Source of the DNA: Myxococcota bacterium
GTDB taxonomy: Bacteria; Myxococcota_A; Polyangia; Nannocystales; Nannocystaceae
DNA length: 64,000 bases
Direction: 5' to 3'
Assembly (NCBI GenBank): GCA_039194325.1
Contig: JBCCWC010000005.1
Span: 64,001-128,000 of the forward strand
In this document: positions 28,301-38,069 of the stretch, one piece after another
Layout: every line of letters starts with the position of its first letter
Position numbering within the stretch: position 1 is the stretch's first letter
Program-made: the position numbers and the translations under genes
The notes under the pieces: model-generated
Told to the model about the DNA's origin: nothing
Database searches by the model: none
Seen by the model: only the letters and a program-made list of their open reading frames with translations

Positions 28301-28346
28301 CCAGCGCGACGAGGCTCGCGCGTGGCTCCAGGCCCGCGCCCGGTGA
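25332..28346 (+). CDS. Membrane Ser/Thr protein kinase with TPR repeats
   Basis: LGEGGMGEVY, VALK, HRDFKPAN, DFGLA, GTPAYMAPE; TM helix; multiple G.EHP/LNNLG TPR units. Confidence 0.95.
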   Translation: MGAEGAERGSLWSSRDVAATRELASSPTRPELGLPDRPDIDDACDAVDPVDPVVLADDRYEILALLGEGGMGEVYRARDRKLGREVALKRLKPSVLDQRARARLSREAQALAQLSHPNVVEVYGLETAGDFVLVMELVEGSTLSGWMAQGPHPWPEALAVLLPAGRGLAAAHQAGLVHRDFKPANVMRSAEADTDGGRVRVMDFGLARPPGASLEEERSEPSEAAVAAQPSSGAWDEALTATGIVVGTPAYMAPEQFLDERADGRADQYAFCVTLWQALCGARPFQGSYTELGQAKLRGPPPWPPHVDAPRPLVEALRRGLAADPRDRWPSMEALLDRLDAVAAPRSRLAWGGAWGGAVAVAALGTVLLGVWGQGRSPASSPECEEPVAVRDHLWSDEHRHAIATALQETEAPQSAEIWSRMRPALDDYAERWAERWGRARHEACERQGAGPQGEAANARVRCLEDRRRRFEARIEALRGVSREHMAEIARTVESLPSLRACDDGTWQRAGLTPLEDPALARQVATLRSRLARAEALRDTARCSEAVVVLDEVRPQVDALGYPPLRAELRLGDGFAAECAGEYAASEQALREAYFVAIEQGYDRVAFEAALQLTHVAGVAMEQHDEGMQWVEHARAVLARTGNDADRVRLEERLGSLHHAAGRYEDAVEAYRKGLARLDAERDAGDPDDAEGSSPDMRRAVLLASTAASLRMLERFEEAQARLERSIALAREVAGDDDPFVIKATTNLANVLSSRGEVAQAERLQREVLVRAERIFGSEHPQTLKLVGNLGMSLSLLGQLEEAIAFHRRCLVGMEQVYGPEHPAVGIALNNLGIDQLVVGRVEEAIASHRRALEIRESVLGPEHAWTASSLTNLADALMVRGDHQSAAPHYARAQAIIEKVLGPDSLFMSYAVLGLGRAHVAAGRLEQALPLLERAVVLRTQNPTPPPEFFEAHFELARVLWSLDRDRDRALRLATEGLAAVEALGGEVRQRDEARAWLQARAR

Positions 28347-28461
28347 GGCGACGTCGGGTCACAGGAGCATGACCGGCACGGATCGACGGTCCGTCCCTCG
28401 CGGGGCGGAAGGCCTGGCCGCGATTGACGCCCATCACCGCCTGACGTAGCCTGCGCTCGCC

Positions 28462-29223
28462 GTGATTGCGCCGCAATTTCCAGACCTTGTTGGGTCCTCG
28501 ACGCTCGGTCCTCTGCTGTCCGCCGTCGATCTGGTCGGGCTGCTCACCGCCTCACAGGGCATCGTCCTCGGCGTTGTGATCATCTTGCTGTTGCTGGTGG
28601 CCCTGACGATCTTCGTCCTCTTCTACAAGCTGGTGCACATCACGCAGGCGCAGTCCCAGTCGATCACGTTCCTCGATCGCTTCTGGGAGAGCAAGCGGCT
28701 CGACGAGATCTACCAGGTCGCCGAGCGCCTCAAGCGAAGCCCGATCGCGGCCATGTTTCGGGCGGGCTATGTCGAGCTGTCCAAGGTCAAGCGCACCCGC
28801 GACGCGGCCTCCCAGCAGCAGTACGGCATGGAGGCCACCGTCTCCATGCACGATCGTGCGGGCGACGCCGACAATGTGGAGCGCGCGCTGGCCCGCGCCC
28901 GGCTGTCGGAGAACACCAAGCTGGAGAACCTGCTGCCCTTCTTGGCGACGACCGGCTCGTCCGCTCCCTTCATCGGGCTGTTCGGAACGGTCTGGGGCAT
29001 CATGGAGGCATTCCTGAGCATCGCCGCGCAGGGCAGCGCCGAGCTCGGTGAGGTCTCGCAGCCCATCGCCGAGGCGCTGGTCACCACCGCGCTCGCCCTC
29101 GCTAGCGCGGTTCCCGCGGTCGTGGCCTACAACTACTTCCAGCGGCGGCTCAAGGTGCTCAACGCGGAGATGAGCAACTTTTCCAATGATTTCATGAATA
29201 TCGTCAAGCGGCACTTCTTCTAA
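28462..29223 (+). CDS. tolQ: TolQ/ExbB/MotA proton channel protein
   Basis: LATTGSSAPFIGLFGTVWGIM, IAEALVTTA..AVPAVVAYN; first gene of a tolQRAB-like operon. Confidence 0.85.
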   Translation: MIAPQFPDLVGSSTLGPLLSAVDLVGLLTASQGIVLGVVIILLLLVALTIFVLFYKLVHITQAQSQSITFLDRFWESKRLDEIYQVAERLKRSPIAAMFRAGYVELSKVKRTRDAASQQQYGMEATVSMHDRAGDADNVERALARARLSENTKLENLLPFLATTGSSAPFIGLFGTVWGIMEAFLSIAAQGSAELGEVSQPIAEALVTTALALASAVPAVVAYNYFQRRLKVLNAEMSNFSNDFMNIVKRHFF

Positions 29224-29280
29224 GCGGGGCGCTCGCACTCGGAGCGCTCGGGATCCTCGCTCGGCAGATCATCGTCAAGC

Positions 29281-29739
29281 ATGGCGCGTAGCATCATCAA
29301 CGAGGACGTCACCGGCGACGAGCCGATGACGGCCATCAACGTCACCTCCCTGGTGGACGTGATGTTCTGCCTGCTCATCATGTTCATGGTCGCCACCCCG
29401 CTGATGTCGCCCGAGGGCCTCGAGGTCGAGATCCCCGCCGCCCGCGGCGAGGAGATCACCGAAGAGGAATTCCTCTATACGGTGATCTCGGTCGACAAGA
29501 CCGGGCGCGCGTTCTTGGGCACCCTGCCTTTGTCCCAGGATCCCGAGAAGATGAAGGAAGAGCTGGCCAACAACGCGAAGATCCAAGAAGACGGCCAGGT
29601 TTTCATCCAGGGGGATCAGAACGTCGACCACGCTCGGATCGTCGATATCCTGGTGGCTCTCAAGGATGCGGAGGTCTCGCAGGTCGGGTTCGTCACCGAT
29701 CCCAACGCCAAGCGCATCGCGGAGATGAAGAACCAATGA
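29281..29739 (+). CDS. tolR: TolR/ExbD family protein
   Basis: INVTSLVDVMFCLLIMFMVATP, IQGD, VGFVT. Confidence 0.85.
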   Translation: MARSIINEDVTGDEPMTAINVTSLVDVMFCLLIMFMVATPLMSPEGLEVEIPAARGEEITEEEFLYTVISVDKTGRAFLGTLPLSQDPEKMKEELANNAKIQEDGQVFIQGDQNVDHARIVDILVALKDAEVSQVGFVTDPNAKRIAEMKNQ

Positions 29740-30593
29740 ACGCTCCTCGCCCCGTTCGCGTCCGCACCGGCAACCCGATCTCCGCGATCTTCGGCTCCTT
29801 CTCCCGCGATCTGGTCGATCTGTTCCGCAACCCGGTGGCCTTCTTCGGGGGCCTGGGCGGCATGATGCTCACCTCGGTGCTGCTGTTCTTCGGCTTTACC
29901 ATCATGGCCAACGCCGAGGACGACGGGGAGGAGGACGACGAGTTCCTCATCGATTTCGAGCCGGGCACGCTGGTCAAGATCGGCGTGGAAATGGAGGAGC
30001 AGGAGATCCCGGAGAAGATCATCGTCCAGGAGACCCGGGCCGAGGAGGACACGGTCAACGAGACGGTGACCGAGGAGGAAGACGCCAAGCCCACGGAGGA
30101 GCCTCCGCCCGAGCCCGACAAGAAGCCCAAGAAGACCGACAAGCCGCCGCCCCGGGAGAAGAAGGACAAGAAGCTCCCCACCTCCAAGCTGCCGACCAGC
30201 GCCAACACGCCCTACAAGAAGGATCTGCCCACGGTCACGCAGCCCAAGGGGGACCCCTTTGGTGACCCCGGTGGCTGGAGCGACCTCAAGAAAGACGGCG
30301 ATCCCTGGGCTACGCAGGTGATGAAGGCCCTCAACAACATGAAGGTGGGCGCCTACGCGGCCAAGGCGGGCAGCGGTAACTTCAAGTTCCAGCTGAAGGT
30401 CTGCAAGGACGGTCGGATCTCGCACGTCAGCAAGAAGGGGGGCAGCCTGGCCGCCGACGGTCAGAACGCGGTGCGCCTGGCCCTCGAGCAGCTGAAGATC
30501 CCCAAGCCGCCGGCCAAGGTGTCCAGCAAGATGAAGGGCAGCTGCGCCACGATCCGATACACCTTCAACTGGAGCGCGAGCGGCGTACGGTAG
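29736..30593 (+). CDS. TolA/TonB-like energy transducer
   Basis: Single TM, Glu/Pro/Lys-rich linker, small C-terminal domain; lies between tolR and tolB with ATGA overlap. Confidence 0.7.
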   Translation: MNAPRPVRVRTGNPISAIFGSFSRDLVDLFRNPVAFFGGLGGMMLTSVLLFFGFTIMANAEDDGEEDDEFLIDFEPGTLVKIGVEMEEQEIPEKIIVQETRAEEDTVNETVTEEEDAKPTEEPPPEPDKKPKKTDKPPPREKKDKKLPTSKLPTSANTPYKKDLPTVTQPKGDPFGDPGGWSDLKKDGDPWATQVMKALNNMKVGAYAAKAGSGNFKFQLKVCKDGRISHVSKKGGSLAADGQNAVRLALEQLKIPKPPAKVSSKMKGSCATIRYTFNWSASGVR

Positions 30594-30610
30594 AGGGCAC
30601 GCCCGGCCTT

Positions 30611-30663
30611 GATGCCCGGGTGGAATGCCCCCGGTGGGATGCCCCGGTGGGATGCCCCGGTGG
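30611..30663. repeat. 13-bp tandem repeat x4 (GATGCCCCGGTGG)
   Basis: gatgcccgggtgg, aatgcccccggtgg, gatgccccggtgg x2 in the tolA-tolB spacer. Confidence 0.85.
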
Positions 30664-30761
30664 GCCCGTCCGAGCCGGGCGTTCGGGCTCCCGAATCGGG
30701 GCCTTTTCCTGGCTGGCGGCCGTCGCTATCCTTTCGCCGATTTGCTCAGAAGGGTCCACCG

Positions 30762-32030
30762 ATGAACCGAACTGCGTTGGGAACCATGGTGCTCGCGTCC
30801 ACCCTTTCCGCCGGGGCGTACTGGGCGGGACAGGACGTGGCGGTCGCCGATGCGGCCACGGCCGTCCAGGACGTCGACGTCAACACCACCGTCACGCTGC
30901 TGCGGCTGGCTGTGCCCGCGGGTGACGAGGTGGGCAACGTCGTCCGTCGCGACGCGGAGATCAGCGCCGGTTTCGAGGTGATCGATCGTCGGTCGATCCC
31001 CGCCGCGCTCATCAAGGAAAAGGGCTTCAGCCGCGACCAGTGGAACAAGATCGGCGCCCAGGCGGTGATCAAGAACGCCAACGTCGGCAACCAGGTCAAG
31101 TTCCAGCTGTACGACCTGGCCAAGGGCAGCAAGCCGGTGCTGTCCAAGGGCTTCCCGGCGGGCAACACCCGCAAGGCGGCCCATATGTTCATGAACGAGG
31201 TGATCAAGTACTACACGGGCATCCCTGGGGTGTTCGGGTCGCGGATCGCCTTCGTCCGGACGCGCCGCAACCCCTCGGTGAGCAAGAACGTGTTCACCAT
31301 GGAGATGGACGGCGGCAACGTCTCCGGGGTCACCGGCAACCGCTCGCTCAACATCCTGCCCTCGCTGGGTCCCGGCGGTCAGGTGGTGTTCACCAGCTAC
31401 GCCAAGCGCAACCCCGACCTGTGGATGAGCTCCGGCGGCGGGCCGGTGCGGGTCAGCAAGTACCCCGGCCTCAACCTCGGCGGCGTGATGAGCCCCAACG
31501 GAGGCACCATCGCGCTCACCCTGTCCAAGGACGGCAACAGCGAGCTTTACACGATCGACACCAGCGGCAACATCAAGGGGCGGCTGACCAGCAACGCCGC
31601 GATCGATGGGTCGCCCACCTGGAGCGGGGCGGGCAACCAGATCGCGTTCGTCTCCAACCGGGCCGGGGGTCCGCAGGTCTATCGAATGGCCGCCGGTGGT
31701 GGCGGAGCCAAGCGGGTGACCAAGAAGGGCAGCTATAACCAAACCCCCGACTGGAGCCACGGCGAGGGCGAGCTGGCCAACTGGATCACCTACGCCGGTC
31801 GGGCCGGCTCCGGGTTCGACATCTTCTCGGTCAACGTCAAGAGCGGCAAGGTCAAGCGCCTCAGCCAGGGTGGGGGTCGCAACACCGATCCTTCCTATGC
31901 ACCCGACGGTCGACTGGTGGCGTGGTCCTCGTCGCGTGGGGGCATCGTGGTCGCCAACGAAGACGGGAACAATCAGATCACCGTCATGAAGGCCGGCTCG
32001 ACGCCCGACTGGGGCCCGCGGGCGTACTGA
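30762..32030 (+). CDS. tolB: TolB-like beta-propeller (PD40 repeats)
   Basis: AAH.F.NEVI..TG.PG.F.SRIAFV, LSKDGNSELY, IAFVSNRAGGPQVY, PSYAPDG, PDW. Confidence 0.85.
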   Translation: MNRTALGTMVLASTLSAGAYWAGQDVAVADAATAVQDVDVNTTVTLLRLAVPAGDEVGNVVRRDAEISAGFEVIDRRSIPAALIKEKGFSRDQWNKIGAQAVIKNANVGNQVKFQLYDLAKGSKPVLSKGFPAGNTRKAAHMFMNEVIKYYTGIPGVFGSRIAFVRTRRNPSVSKNVFTMEMDGGNVSGVTGNRSLNILPSLGPGGQVVFTSYAKRNPDLWMSSGGGPVRVSKYPGLNLGGVMSPNGGTIALTLSKDGNSELYTIDTSGNIKGRLTSNAAIDGSPTWSGAGNQIAFVSNRAGGPQVYRMAAGGGGAKRVTKKGSYNQTPDWSHGEGELANWITYAGRAGSGFDIFSVNVKSGKVKRLSQGGGRNTDPSYAPDGRLVAWSSSRGGIVVANEDGNNQITVMKAGSTPDWGPRAY

Positions 32031-32107
32031 TCGGCAGTCCTCGCGACGTATGAGCAGACCCGAGGCGTTGGCCTCGGGTCTGTTTGTTTAGGGCTCGTGC
32101 GCCATGG

Positions 32108-33310
32108 TCATCGACGGAAGCGTCGGCGTCGAGCGGCCGGGAGCAGCGACAGCAGCAGCCACGCCGCGGTGGGCGTGGGTGCGTCGCTGCGACAGGTGCA
32201 GGTGATGACATCGTCGCCGCCGTCTTGTGCGCCGCCGTCTCCCGTGCCGGGCGCGGTCGTGGAGCCCGGGCTGGGCCCGTCGTCCGTGGCTCCGCTGCCC
32301 GTACCGCCGGGGAGCCCGGTCTCTGCCGTGCCGCTGCCGGCCGTGCCGTCCACGCCGGTGTCGTCGGTGTCTCCGGTGTCTCCGGTGTCTCCGGTGCTAC
32401 CGCCGAATTCGAATGGTTCGCCGCAGGTGGCCGAGGGACCGCTGAGCTGGGGTACGGCACATCCCTGAGCCCAGCCCGTGCTGCCCACGTTCGGGTCGAG
32501 CGGAAACTCGCTGCAGCCGTCGCTCGGGTTCCATGTGCCGTCGGCGTCGTGGCAGGGGGTGATGTCGAACCCCGACGCGCTCTCGATCCACTCCACGTGG
32601 TCGTGGATGAGCCCGTAGATCGAGGGCTGGCTGCAGTTGGAGCTGGTTCCCCGCGAGGTGATCCCGAATACGCGCCAGGTGCCGTCCTCCAGCTGAATGT
32701 AGGCCGGGCCGCCCGAGTCGCCGTTGCAGCTGCTGGTACCGCCGCCGCCCACGTTGATCTCGGGGCCTTCGAATCCGTTGATGACCGTATCCACCGCGTG
32801 CTTGACCCCGAACTGCCCCTGGTCGGTCACCCCGAAGCCGACCAGGGTGATGTCTTGGCCGGGCTGGAGGAGCTCGGTCTCGCAGCCCATCAGGATCGGC
32901 ACGATCGGAACATCCAGGACCGGCTCGGAGAGCACGCAAAACGCCACGTCGGTCCCGAAGCTGCTCTCCTCGGGGATCCAGTTGGGGAACATCGTGCAGC
33001 TTTGGGTGGCGATCTCACGGGCGGGGTTGAAATCGGTCTCACCGAAGCCCACGAAGGCCGGACCCACATTGCCGGCGAAGAACATGCAGTGGGCCGCGAA
33101 GATCACCACGTCGGGGCTCACCAGCGTGCCGGTGCAGCCTTCCATGGTGACGGTGGTCGGCCAGCCGCACTCCTCGACCGCGGTGCCGCCGTAGATCTGG
33201 CTGGGTTCGGGCGGGAGCTCGGTCAGCGACGATGCATGGGCGGCGACCGAGACGCTCAGCGTCAGGCACAGGGGGGTGAGGGTGAAGTGAAGCGGGCGCA
33301 TCGAGGACAT
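32108..33310 (-). CDS. S1 (trypsin-like) serine protease with MYXO-CTERM-like sorting tail
   Basis: IYGG, AAHC, DVA, CNGDSGGP triad; CTC-hydrophobic-RRRR C-terminus. Confidence 0.92.
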   Translation of the reverse strand: MSSMRPLHFTLTPLCLTLSVSVAAHASSLTELPPEPSQIYGGTAVEECGWPTTVTMEGCTGTLVSPDVVIFAAHCMFFAGNVGPAFVGFGETDFNPAREIATQSCTMFPNWIPEESSFGTDVAFCVLSEPVLDVPIVPILMGCETELLQPGQDITLVGFGVTDQGQFGVKHAVDTVINGFEGPEINVGGGGTSSCNGDSGGPAYIQLEDGTWRVFGITSRGTSSNCSQPSIYGLIHDHVEWIESASGFDITPCHDADGTWNPSDGCSEFPLDPNVGSTGWAQGCAVPQLSGPSATCGEPFEFGGSTGDTGDTGDTDDTGVDGTAGSGTAETGLPGGTGSGATDDGPSPGSTTAPGTGDGGAQDGGDDVITCTCRSDAPTPTAAWLLLSLLPAARRRRFRR

Positions 33311-33408
33311 CGGTCGTAGATGGGTCGTAGAGGTCGGTGCCTTCAGTTGGGTCGCGACTGCCTGTCGTGTGATCGCGCCTGCGTGGATGGCAAGTCACTG
33401 GTACCCTG

Positions 33409-34296
33409 ATGCGTATGCGCGCCGTCATCGATATCGGGACGAATTCAGTCTTGTTGTTGCTGGCGGAGCGCGATGCCGACGGGAAGGTGGTGGTGCACAG
33501 CGATCTCAGCCGAGTCACGCGGCTGGGGCAGAATGTCGCGCAGACCCGGCGCCTGGACTCCGAGGCGATCAAGCGTACGCTCACAGTGCTACGCGAATAT
33601 CGAGCACTCGTGCAGGAGCACGAGGCGCAGCTGCAGGTCGTGGCCACCGAGGGGCTCCGCATGGCCAGCAACCCTCGAGCGTTTCTCGAGCCGGCGGCCG
33701 ATGCCTTGGGGCAGCCGGTGCGGCTTATAGCCGGGAGCGAAGAGGCCGAGCTGTCCTATCGTAGCGTGGCGCAGGAACTGGCCGACGACGAGCTGCTGCG
33801 CGTGCTCGATATCGGCGGGGGGTCGACGGAGTTGGTGGCCGGCATCGGGATGGATGTGCTCGATAGCCGGTCGCACCCGATAGGCTCCGTACGACTGACC
33901 GAGCAATACCTCCACAATGATCCGCCTACGCTGTCTCAGGTGGCGATGGTGGCCCAGTCCTCGCGTGAGGCGTTTGCCGAGCAGTTGCTGCCACCACAGC
34001 CTGTACTCTATGGATTGGCGGGTACGGTCACGACGGTGGCCGGGCTTTTGCTGGGCCTGCAGCAGTACGATCGTAAGCAGGTCGATGGCTCGCGGTGGAC
34101 GGCCGCGCAGGTCGAGGCGTTGCGCGATCGGCTCGCCGAGCAGACCACCAAGCAGCGGAGTCGGTCGCCCATGCTGCCGCCCGGGCGCGCCGATGTGATC
34201 GTGGCAGGGACGACGATCTTGGTGGAGGCCCTACGGCACTGTGGAGCACAGACGCTGGTCGTACGTGACCGTGGGCTGCGGTATGCGTTGATCTGA
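33409..34296 (+). CDS. Ppx/GppA family phosphatase
   Basis: AVIDIGTNS, ATEGLR, EEAELSY, LDIGGGSTE, RADVI, GLR. Confidence 0.93.
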   Translation: MRMRAVIDIGTNSVLLLLAERDADGKVVVHSDLSRVTRLGQNVAQTRRLDSEAIKRTLTVLREYRALVQEHEAQLQVVATEGLRMASNPRAFLEPAADALGQPVRLIAGSEEAELSYRSVAQELADDELLRVLDIGGGSTELVAGIGMDVLDSRSHPIGSVRLTEQYLHNDPPTLSQVAMVAQSSREAFAEQLLPPQPVLYGLAGTVTTVAGLLLGLQQYDRKQVDGSRWTAAQVEALRDRLAEQTTKQRSRSPMLPPGRADVIVAGTTILVEALRHCGAQTLVVRDRGLRYALI

Positions 34297-34429
34297 GCGG
34301 TATCGCGCGAGCTTTTGATGGCACCGTAGTTTTCCCCGCCGATCTTTCCATTTCATCCAGGAAATTCCCCTACTCCGGTGTCCAAGTAGGTGAGGGTACG
34401 CATTCCACCGAGCGTCCTTCCAATATTCG

Positions 34430-35728
34430 ATGATGCACGAGACAGAGGCTCCCCGATCGCGTCGACCGCTCACCTTCCTCACCACTCCCGTCTGGGAGCG
34501 AGCGAGACGGTTGGCGGTGGAGGGTCGACACGAGGCGGCGGCCACCGAATATCAGGTCCTCACCGATCTCGATCCCGACGACGTCAAGGCCTCGCTGAAG
34601 CTGGCGCATCACCTGGTGGAGGCGGGTCACCCTGCGCGCGCGGCTGACGAGTATCTGCGGCTCGCCGGCATCTATGTTCGTCTTGGTCATCCGAGGCGGG
34701 CGATGACAGTGGCTCTGCGGGCGCTTCGGGTGGAGTCCAGCCGAGTGGTGAGGGTCCGGCTGGCGCCATTGATGGCGGGGTTGGGGCCGATGGCGGCCGC
34801 GTTGTGCGAGCAAGTGTCGCGGGTCCATATCCTCTCGGGTCGTCCCGAGCAGGCTCGCGACGTGCTTGGCCTGCTGGTGCATAGCGAGCCCACCGCGTTG
34901 CCTCGCCGCCTGCGGTTGGCCGAGCTCGATCTGGCCAAGGGGCGCACGACCGAGGCGATGGCCGAGCTGCGGGTCGTGGCCGACGGGCTGCGCGCCCGCG
35001 GCCGGACCCAGGATCTGCTGCGCGTGCTCGAGATGATGCATGCGCATGGTGGTCCCGACGAGGCGGTGCTTCGCGAGCTGGCCACTATCTATCTGCGTTG
35101 CGGTCAGCCTCGCCGTGCGCAGCGCAAGCTCGAGGTGCTCCACCGCGTCGCCCCGCGCGATCGAGTGACCGTGGAGCGCCTGGCCCGCGTTCATGCAACG
35201 TTCGGCCGGCTCGAGAGCACGCTGCGATTGCTCGGGCGTTTGGTGACCCTCGCGGAGAGTCAAGCCGATCGGGACGAGCTACGGGCCGTGTTGCGTCGCG
35301 CGGCCTCGTGGTGCTCGGACGCCAGCTATCAGCGAGCGCTCGACGACCTGGGGATCTGGGCCGCTCGCCCGAAAGCAGCGCGCCGTGCCGACTATCGCCT
35401 GGGTCGTGGAGCCTCGACCCGGCACGCGCGTGGTCGTCGAGGAGCGGTGCCTCCGCCCTTGCCTCGGTGGATGCGGCTGCGCACGAAAGCGGCTACGGCG
35501 TCGGGGGAGATCAAGGTGCTCGACGACCAGGTTCCTACGCTGGGCGATCTCGATCCACGCTTCGAGGAGCGTGAGGAGCGGGTCGACAACACGCTCGAGC
35601 TCATCAACGAAGCGCTCGAGCTCACCGACGACGCGCTCGAGCTCATCGATGGAGCCATTCCCCGGTCCCGTGCTCGATCGGGGGCCCGGTCGGGGGCCCA
35701 ATCGGGTGCGGTCGGGTGCCCAGCCTAG
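34430..35728 (+). CDS. TPR-repeat protein
   Basis: Repeated helical A/L patterns (A..EY..L..LDPDD, LAELDLAKGR..EA); low-complexity tail. Confidence 0.7.
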   Translation: MMHETEAPRSRRPLTFLTTPVWERARRLAVEGRHEAAATEYQVLTDLDPDDVKASLKLAHHLVEAGHPARAADEYLRLAGIYVRLGHPRRAMTVALRALRVESSRVVRVRLAPLMAGLGPMAAALCEQVSRVHILSGRPEQARDVLGLLVHSEPTALPRRLRLAELDLAKGRTTEAMAELRVVADGLRARGRTQDLLRVLEMMHAHGGPDEAVLRELATIYLRCGQPRRAQRKLEVLHRVAPRDRVTVERLARVHATFGRLESTLRLLGRLVTLAESQADRDELRAVLRRAASWCSDASYQRALDDLGIWAARPKAARRADYRLGRGASTRHARGRRGAVPPPLPRWMRLRTKAATASGEIKVLDDQVPTLGDLDPRFEEREERVDNTLELINEALELTDDALELIDGAIPRSRARSGARSGAQSGAVGCPA

Positions 35729-35796
35729 CGTTCGTGGCGGCGGCGTCCGAGTGCTCCATGGCGCAATGAGTCGGTCGCTCGTATAGTTCGCTCGGT

Positions 35797-36630
35797 TTGC
35801 GCTTCGATCTCCACTGTCACTCGATCTGCTCGGACGGCAGTCATCCTCCCGAGCGTGTGGCGGCCATGGCCGTCGAGTATGGTGTCTCGCTGTTCTGTCT
35901 CACCGACCACGACACCATGGCCGGCTATACCGCCACGGTGAGCACGATCGCGGGTCGTTGTACGGTACTGCGAGGCATGGAGCTGAGCTGCCGCGAGTAT
36001 GGCCGCAGCATTCACCTGTTGCTCTATGGTTTGCGCCCGGGCCCGGGCCTCGACGATCTCCAGCGTCGTCTCGATCGCGTCGCGTGCGATCGTCGCGAGC
36101 GCATTCGTCGGATCTGCGCCCGGCTCGCCAAGCTCGGGGTCTCCCTCGATCCCGAGCCGATCCTCGCGGCAGCCGAGGGGCGGGTGGCGGGCCGACCCGA
36201 CGTCGCTCGGGCCTTAGTCGCGGCGGGAGTGTGCACCAGCCCTCGGGAGGCCTTCGATCGCTTTCTCAAGGACGGAGGCCCGGCCGATGCCCCCATCGAG
36301 CGCTTGGGGGTCGACGAGGGGCTGGCGCTGGCCCGTCGGGCGGGTGCCCGGGTCTCGCTCGCGCATCCTCATAGCTTGGGAGAGCCGGCCCTGGTTCGCG
36401 ATCTCTTTGCGCGCTTTCAGTCTCTCGGTCTGGAGGGCATCGAGGCGTTCTATGGTCGCTATGGGCGGGCGGAGTCCGAGGCTTGGCTTCGCCTGGCTCG
36501 TCAGCGGGATCTCGTGCCTACGGGCGGATCCGATTTCCACGGCGATCTCACCCCGGACATTTCCCGCCCGGGCATCGAGCTGCCCGAGGCTCGTGCTCGC
36601 CAGATCCGCGACTGGCTCGGGCTGGCCTAG
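35797..36630 (+). CDS. PHP-domain metal-dependent phosphoesterase (TrpH/YciV-like)
   Basis: DLHCHS..SDG, LTDHD, GMELS, IHLL, LAHP, GGSDFHG. Confidence 0.93.
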   Translation: MRFDLHCHSICSDGSHPPERVAAMAVEYGVSLFCLTDHDTMAGYTATVSTIAGRCTVLRGMELSCREYGRSIHLLLYGLRPGPGLDDLQRRLDRVACDRRERIRRICARLAKLGVSLDPEPILAAAEGRVAGRPDVARALVAAGVCTSPREAFDRFLKDGGPADAPIERLGVDEGLALARRAGARVSLAHPHSLGEPALVRDLFARFQSLGLEGIEAFYGRYGRAESEAWLRLARQRDLVPTGGSDFHGDLTPDISRPGIELPEARARQIRDWLGLA

Positions 36631-36644
36631 CCCGGGCTACTCCC

Positions 36645-38057
36645 TCACTCCCGCATCTTGGCCAGGATCGCGTCCACGTTCTTCTTGGCGTCCCCGAACA
36701 ACATGTCCGTGTTGTCCTTGAAGAACAGCGGATTGCCGACCCCCGCGTACCCGGTGCCCATCGACCGCTTCATGACGATCGTCCCCCCCGACTTCCAGCA
36801 CTCGAGCACGGGCATCCCCGCGATCGGCGAGTTCGGATCATCGAGCGCGCTGGGATTGACGATGTCGTTCGCCCCGATCACCAGCACCATGTCGGTCTCG
36901 GGGAAGTCCTCGTTGATCTCGTCCATCTCCAGCACGATGTCGTAGGGCACGTTGGCCTCGGCCAGCAGCACGTTCATGTGCCCCGGCAGTCGCCCGGCCA
37001 CCGGGTGGATCGCAAACCGCACCTCTTTTTTCTTGCCTCGCAAGATCTTGACCACCTCGGACAGCGAGTGCTGCGCCTGCGCGACGGCCATCCCGTACCC
37101 CGGGATGATGATCACCGACTTGGCCTCTCGCAGCCGCTCGACCACCTCGTCGACCTCGACCGCGGTGACCTCTCCTTCGGGCGTCTTCATCTCCCCGGTG
37201 GGCGCCCCGCCGTCGCTGCCAAAGCCCCCCAAGATCACGCTGATGAACGAGCGGTTCATCGCCGCGCACATGATGTAGCTGAGGATCGCCCCGCTGCTGC
37301 CCACCAGCGCCCCGGTGATGATGAGCAGGTCGTTGCTGAGCATGAACCCCGCCGCCGACGCGGCCCAGCCGGAGTAGCTGTTGAGCATCGAGACCACCAC
37401 CGGCATGTCGGCGCCGCCGATCGCCATGACCATGTGGACGCCCAGCACGCACGCGATCCCCGTCATGATGAGCAGCGAGGTCAGCCCGGGGTGGTCGCCG
37501 CCGTGCCCGGCCCCCACGAACTCGTAGCCGAGGTAGCAGGAGACCAGCACCATGCCGAGGTTGATGGCGTGGCGCGCGGGGATGATGAGGGGCTTGCCGC
37601 TGAGGCTGCCCCGTAGCTTGGCGAACGCGATCACCGAGCCGGTGAAGGTGATAGCGCCCACGAACACGCCCACGTAGATCTCGATCGCGTGGATCGTCAG
37701 CTCGGTGGCCGACAGCGAGGGCGTGGGGCCCATATAGCTGGCGATACCCACCAGCACCGCGGCCAATCCCACAAAGCTATGAAGGATCGCCACCAGCTCG
37801 GGCATGGAGGTCATCGCCACCCGCGCGGCGAGGATCGCCCCGATGATCGCTCCGGGGATGATGGCCGCGGCCAGCATCCCATAGCCCTCCGAGGTAACCC
37901 CACTGCCGGCGGTGGTGGCCAGCAGGGCGATGAGCATGCCGATGATGCCGTAGAGGTTGCCGCGGCGCGCCGATTCCTGGTTGGACAGGCCGCCCAGGCT
38001 CAGGATGAACAGGGCGCTCGCGGCGATATACGCGACGGTGAGCAGGCTTTCGGACAC
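36645..38057 (-). CDS. pntB: NAD(P) transhydrogenase subunit beta
   Basis: [67 protein letters not shown]. Confidence 0.97.
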   Translation of the reverse strand: MSESLLTVAYIAASALFILSLGGLSNQESARRGNLYGIIGMLIALLATTAGSGVTSEGYGMLAAAIIPGAIIGAILAARVAMTSMPELVAILHSFVGLAAVLVGIASYMGPTPSLSATELTIHAIEIYVGVFVGAITFTGSVIAFAKLRGSLSGKPLIIPARHAINLGMVLVSCYLGYEFVGAGHGGDHPGLTSLLIMTGIACVLGVHMVMAIGGADMPVVVSMLNSYSGWAASAAGFMLSNDLLIITGALVGSSGAILSYIMCAAMNRSFISVILGGFGSDGGAPTGEMKTPEGEVTAVEVDEVVERLREAKSVIIIPGYGMAVAQAQHSLSEVVKILRGKKKEVRFAIHPVAGRLPGHMNVLLAEANVPYDIVLEMDEINEDFPETDMVLVIGANDIVNPSALDDPNSPIAGMPVLECWKSGGTIVMKRSMGTGYAGVGNPLFFKDNTDMLFGDAKKNVDAILAKMRE

Positions 38058-38069
38058 GGTCGTCTCCTC

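Noticed and set aside
30611..30663. Short repeat arrays here and at 1238-1292 and 8601-8661 as possible CRISPR
   Set aside because: Units are 10-14 bp, contiguous, with no unique spacers and no cas genes.
35590..35705. Short coding repeats (LELINEA/LELTDDA/LELID; RSGA x3) and similar ones at 5569-5600 and 32360-32400
   Set aside because: Low-complexity linker duplications inside genes with no evidence of separate function.
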